Assembly: GCA_040771805.1 (NCBI GenBank)
Contig: JAXGZJ010000001.1
Location: 1,295,961 to 1,359,960, forward strand
Direction: 5' to 3'
From: Methanofastidiosum sp.
GTDB taxonomy: Archaea; Methanobacteriota_B; Thermococci; Methanofastidiosales; Methanofastidiosaceae
DNA length: 64,000 bases
Shown here: in pieces, positions 63,779 to 64,000 of the stretch
Numbering within the stretch: position 1 is the stretch's first letter
Layout of the letters: every line of letters starts with the position of its first letter
The notes under the pieces: model-generated
What the model was told of the DNA's origin: nothing
What the model saw: only the letters and a program-made list of their open reading frames with translations
Databases searched by the model: none
Made by a program: the position numbers and the translations under genes

Positions 63779-63824
63779 TTAGCTTTATATTTTTTTCTTT
63801 CATTTTTCCATACTAGGTGGTATA

Positions 63825-64000
63825 ATGTTTCCAAAGATGGATCAAAGGAAAATGCAAAAAATGATGAAACAAATGGGGGTATCTACTAAAGATATTCCGG
63901 CAGAAAAAGTAATTATTTTTATGAAAGATAAAAAACTTATCTTTGATAATCCACAGGTTACTGAAACTACAATGATGGGTCAGAAAACCTATCAACTTGC
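63825..64000 (+). CDS. nac: nascent polypeptide-associated complex protein (partial, runs off the window)
   Basis: MFPKMDQRKMQKMMKQMG...AEKVII...NPQV...MMGQKTYQL; AGGTGG SD; not in ORF track. Confidence 0.9.
   Translation, partial: MFPKMDQRKMQKMMKQMGVSTKDIPAEKVIIFMKDKKLIFDNPQVTETTMMGQKTYQL

Noticed and set aside
1346..63995. Many antisense or nested ORFs in the track (e.g. 11837..12280, 21911..22414, 37573..38046, 43761..44360, 63813..63995)
   Set aside because: They are shadows of well-supported genes on the opposite strand or in another frame, with no motifs of their own; 63813..63995 is the shadow of nac.
1..64000. CRISPR arrays, IS elements, Sec/Pyl read-through
   Set aside because: No regularly spaced repeats, transposases or terminal inverted repeats were noticed, and no recognised gene appears truncated at a TGA or TAG that continues in frame.

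Overview
AT-rich (roughly 30% GC by eye) euryarchaeal chromosome segment. Markers are an archaeal histone, rpl15e, rps8e, aTrm56, Rnp3, NAC, cofC/cofD, hypE and a PGF-CTERM protein; the mix suggests an anaerobic methanogen-like lineage such as Methanofastidiosa (inference only). The window is gene-dense housekeeping and metabolic DNA with about 75 CDS and one tRNA-Val(TAC). I saw no CRISPR array, transposase, integrase or rRNA. Main observations: (1) a stand-alone nitroreductase resembling the mycobacterial FbiB C-terminal domain (FbiE-like) is translationally coupled to cofD-cofC, suggesting a PEP/dehydro-F420 route of F420 synthesis in an archaeon; (2) a dtxR-feoB-dtxR/FeoA operon has two Cys-rich DtxR paralogues and a 15/19 match to the bacterial DtxR box between TATA and start; (3) a ZnuABC-type operon carries a NikR regulator; (4) two genes appear to use ATA/ATT start codons; (5) several elements are missing from the ORF track: a DUF1801 pseudogene, a 55-aa TRASH-type zinc finger, NAC and an eL15 leader RNA. 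All family calls come from motif recognition by eye, not from database searches.
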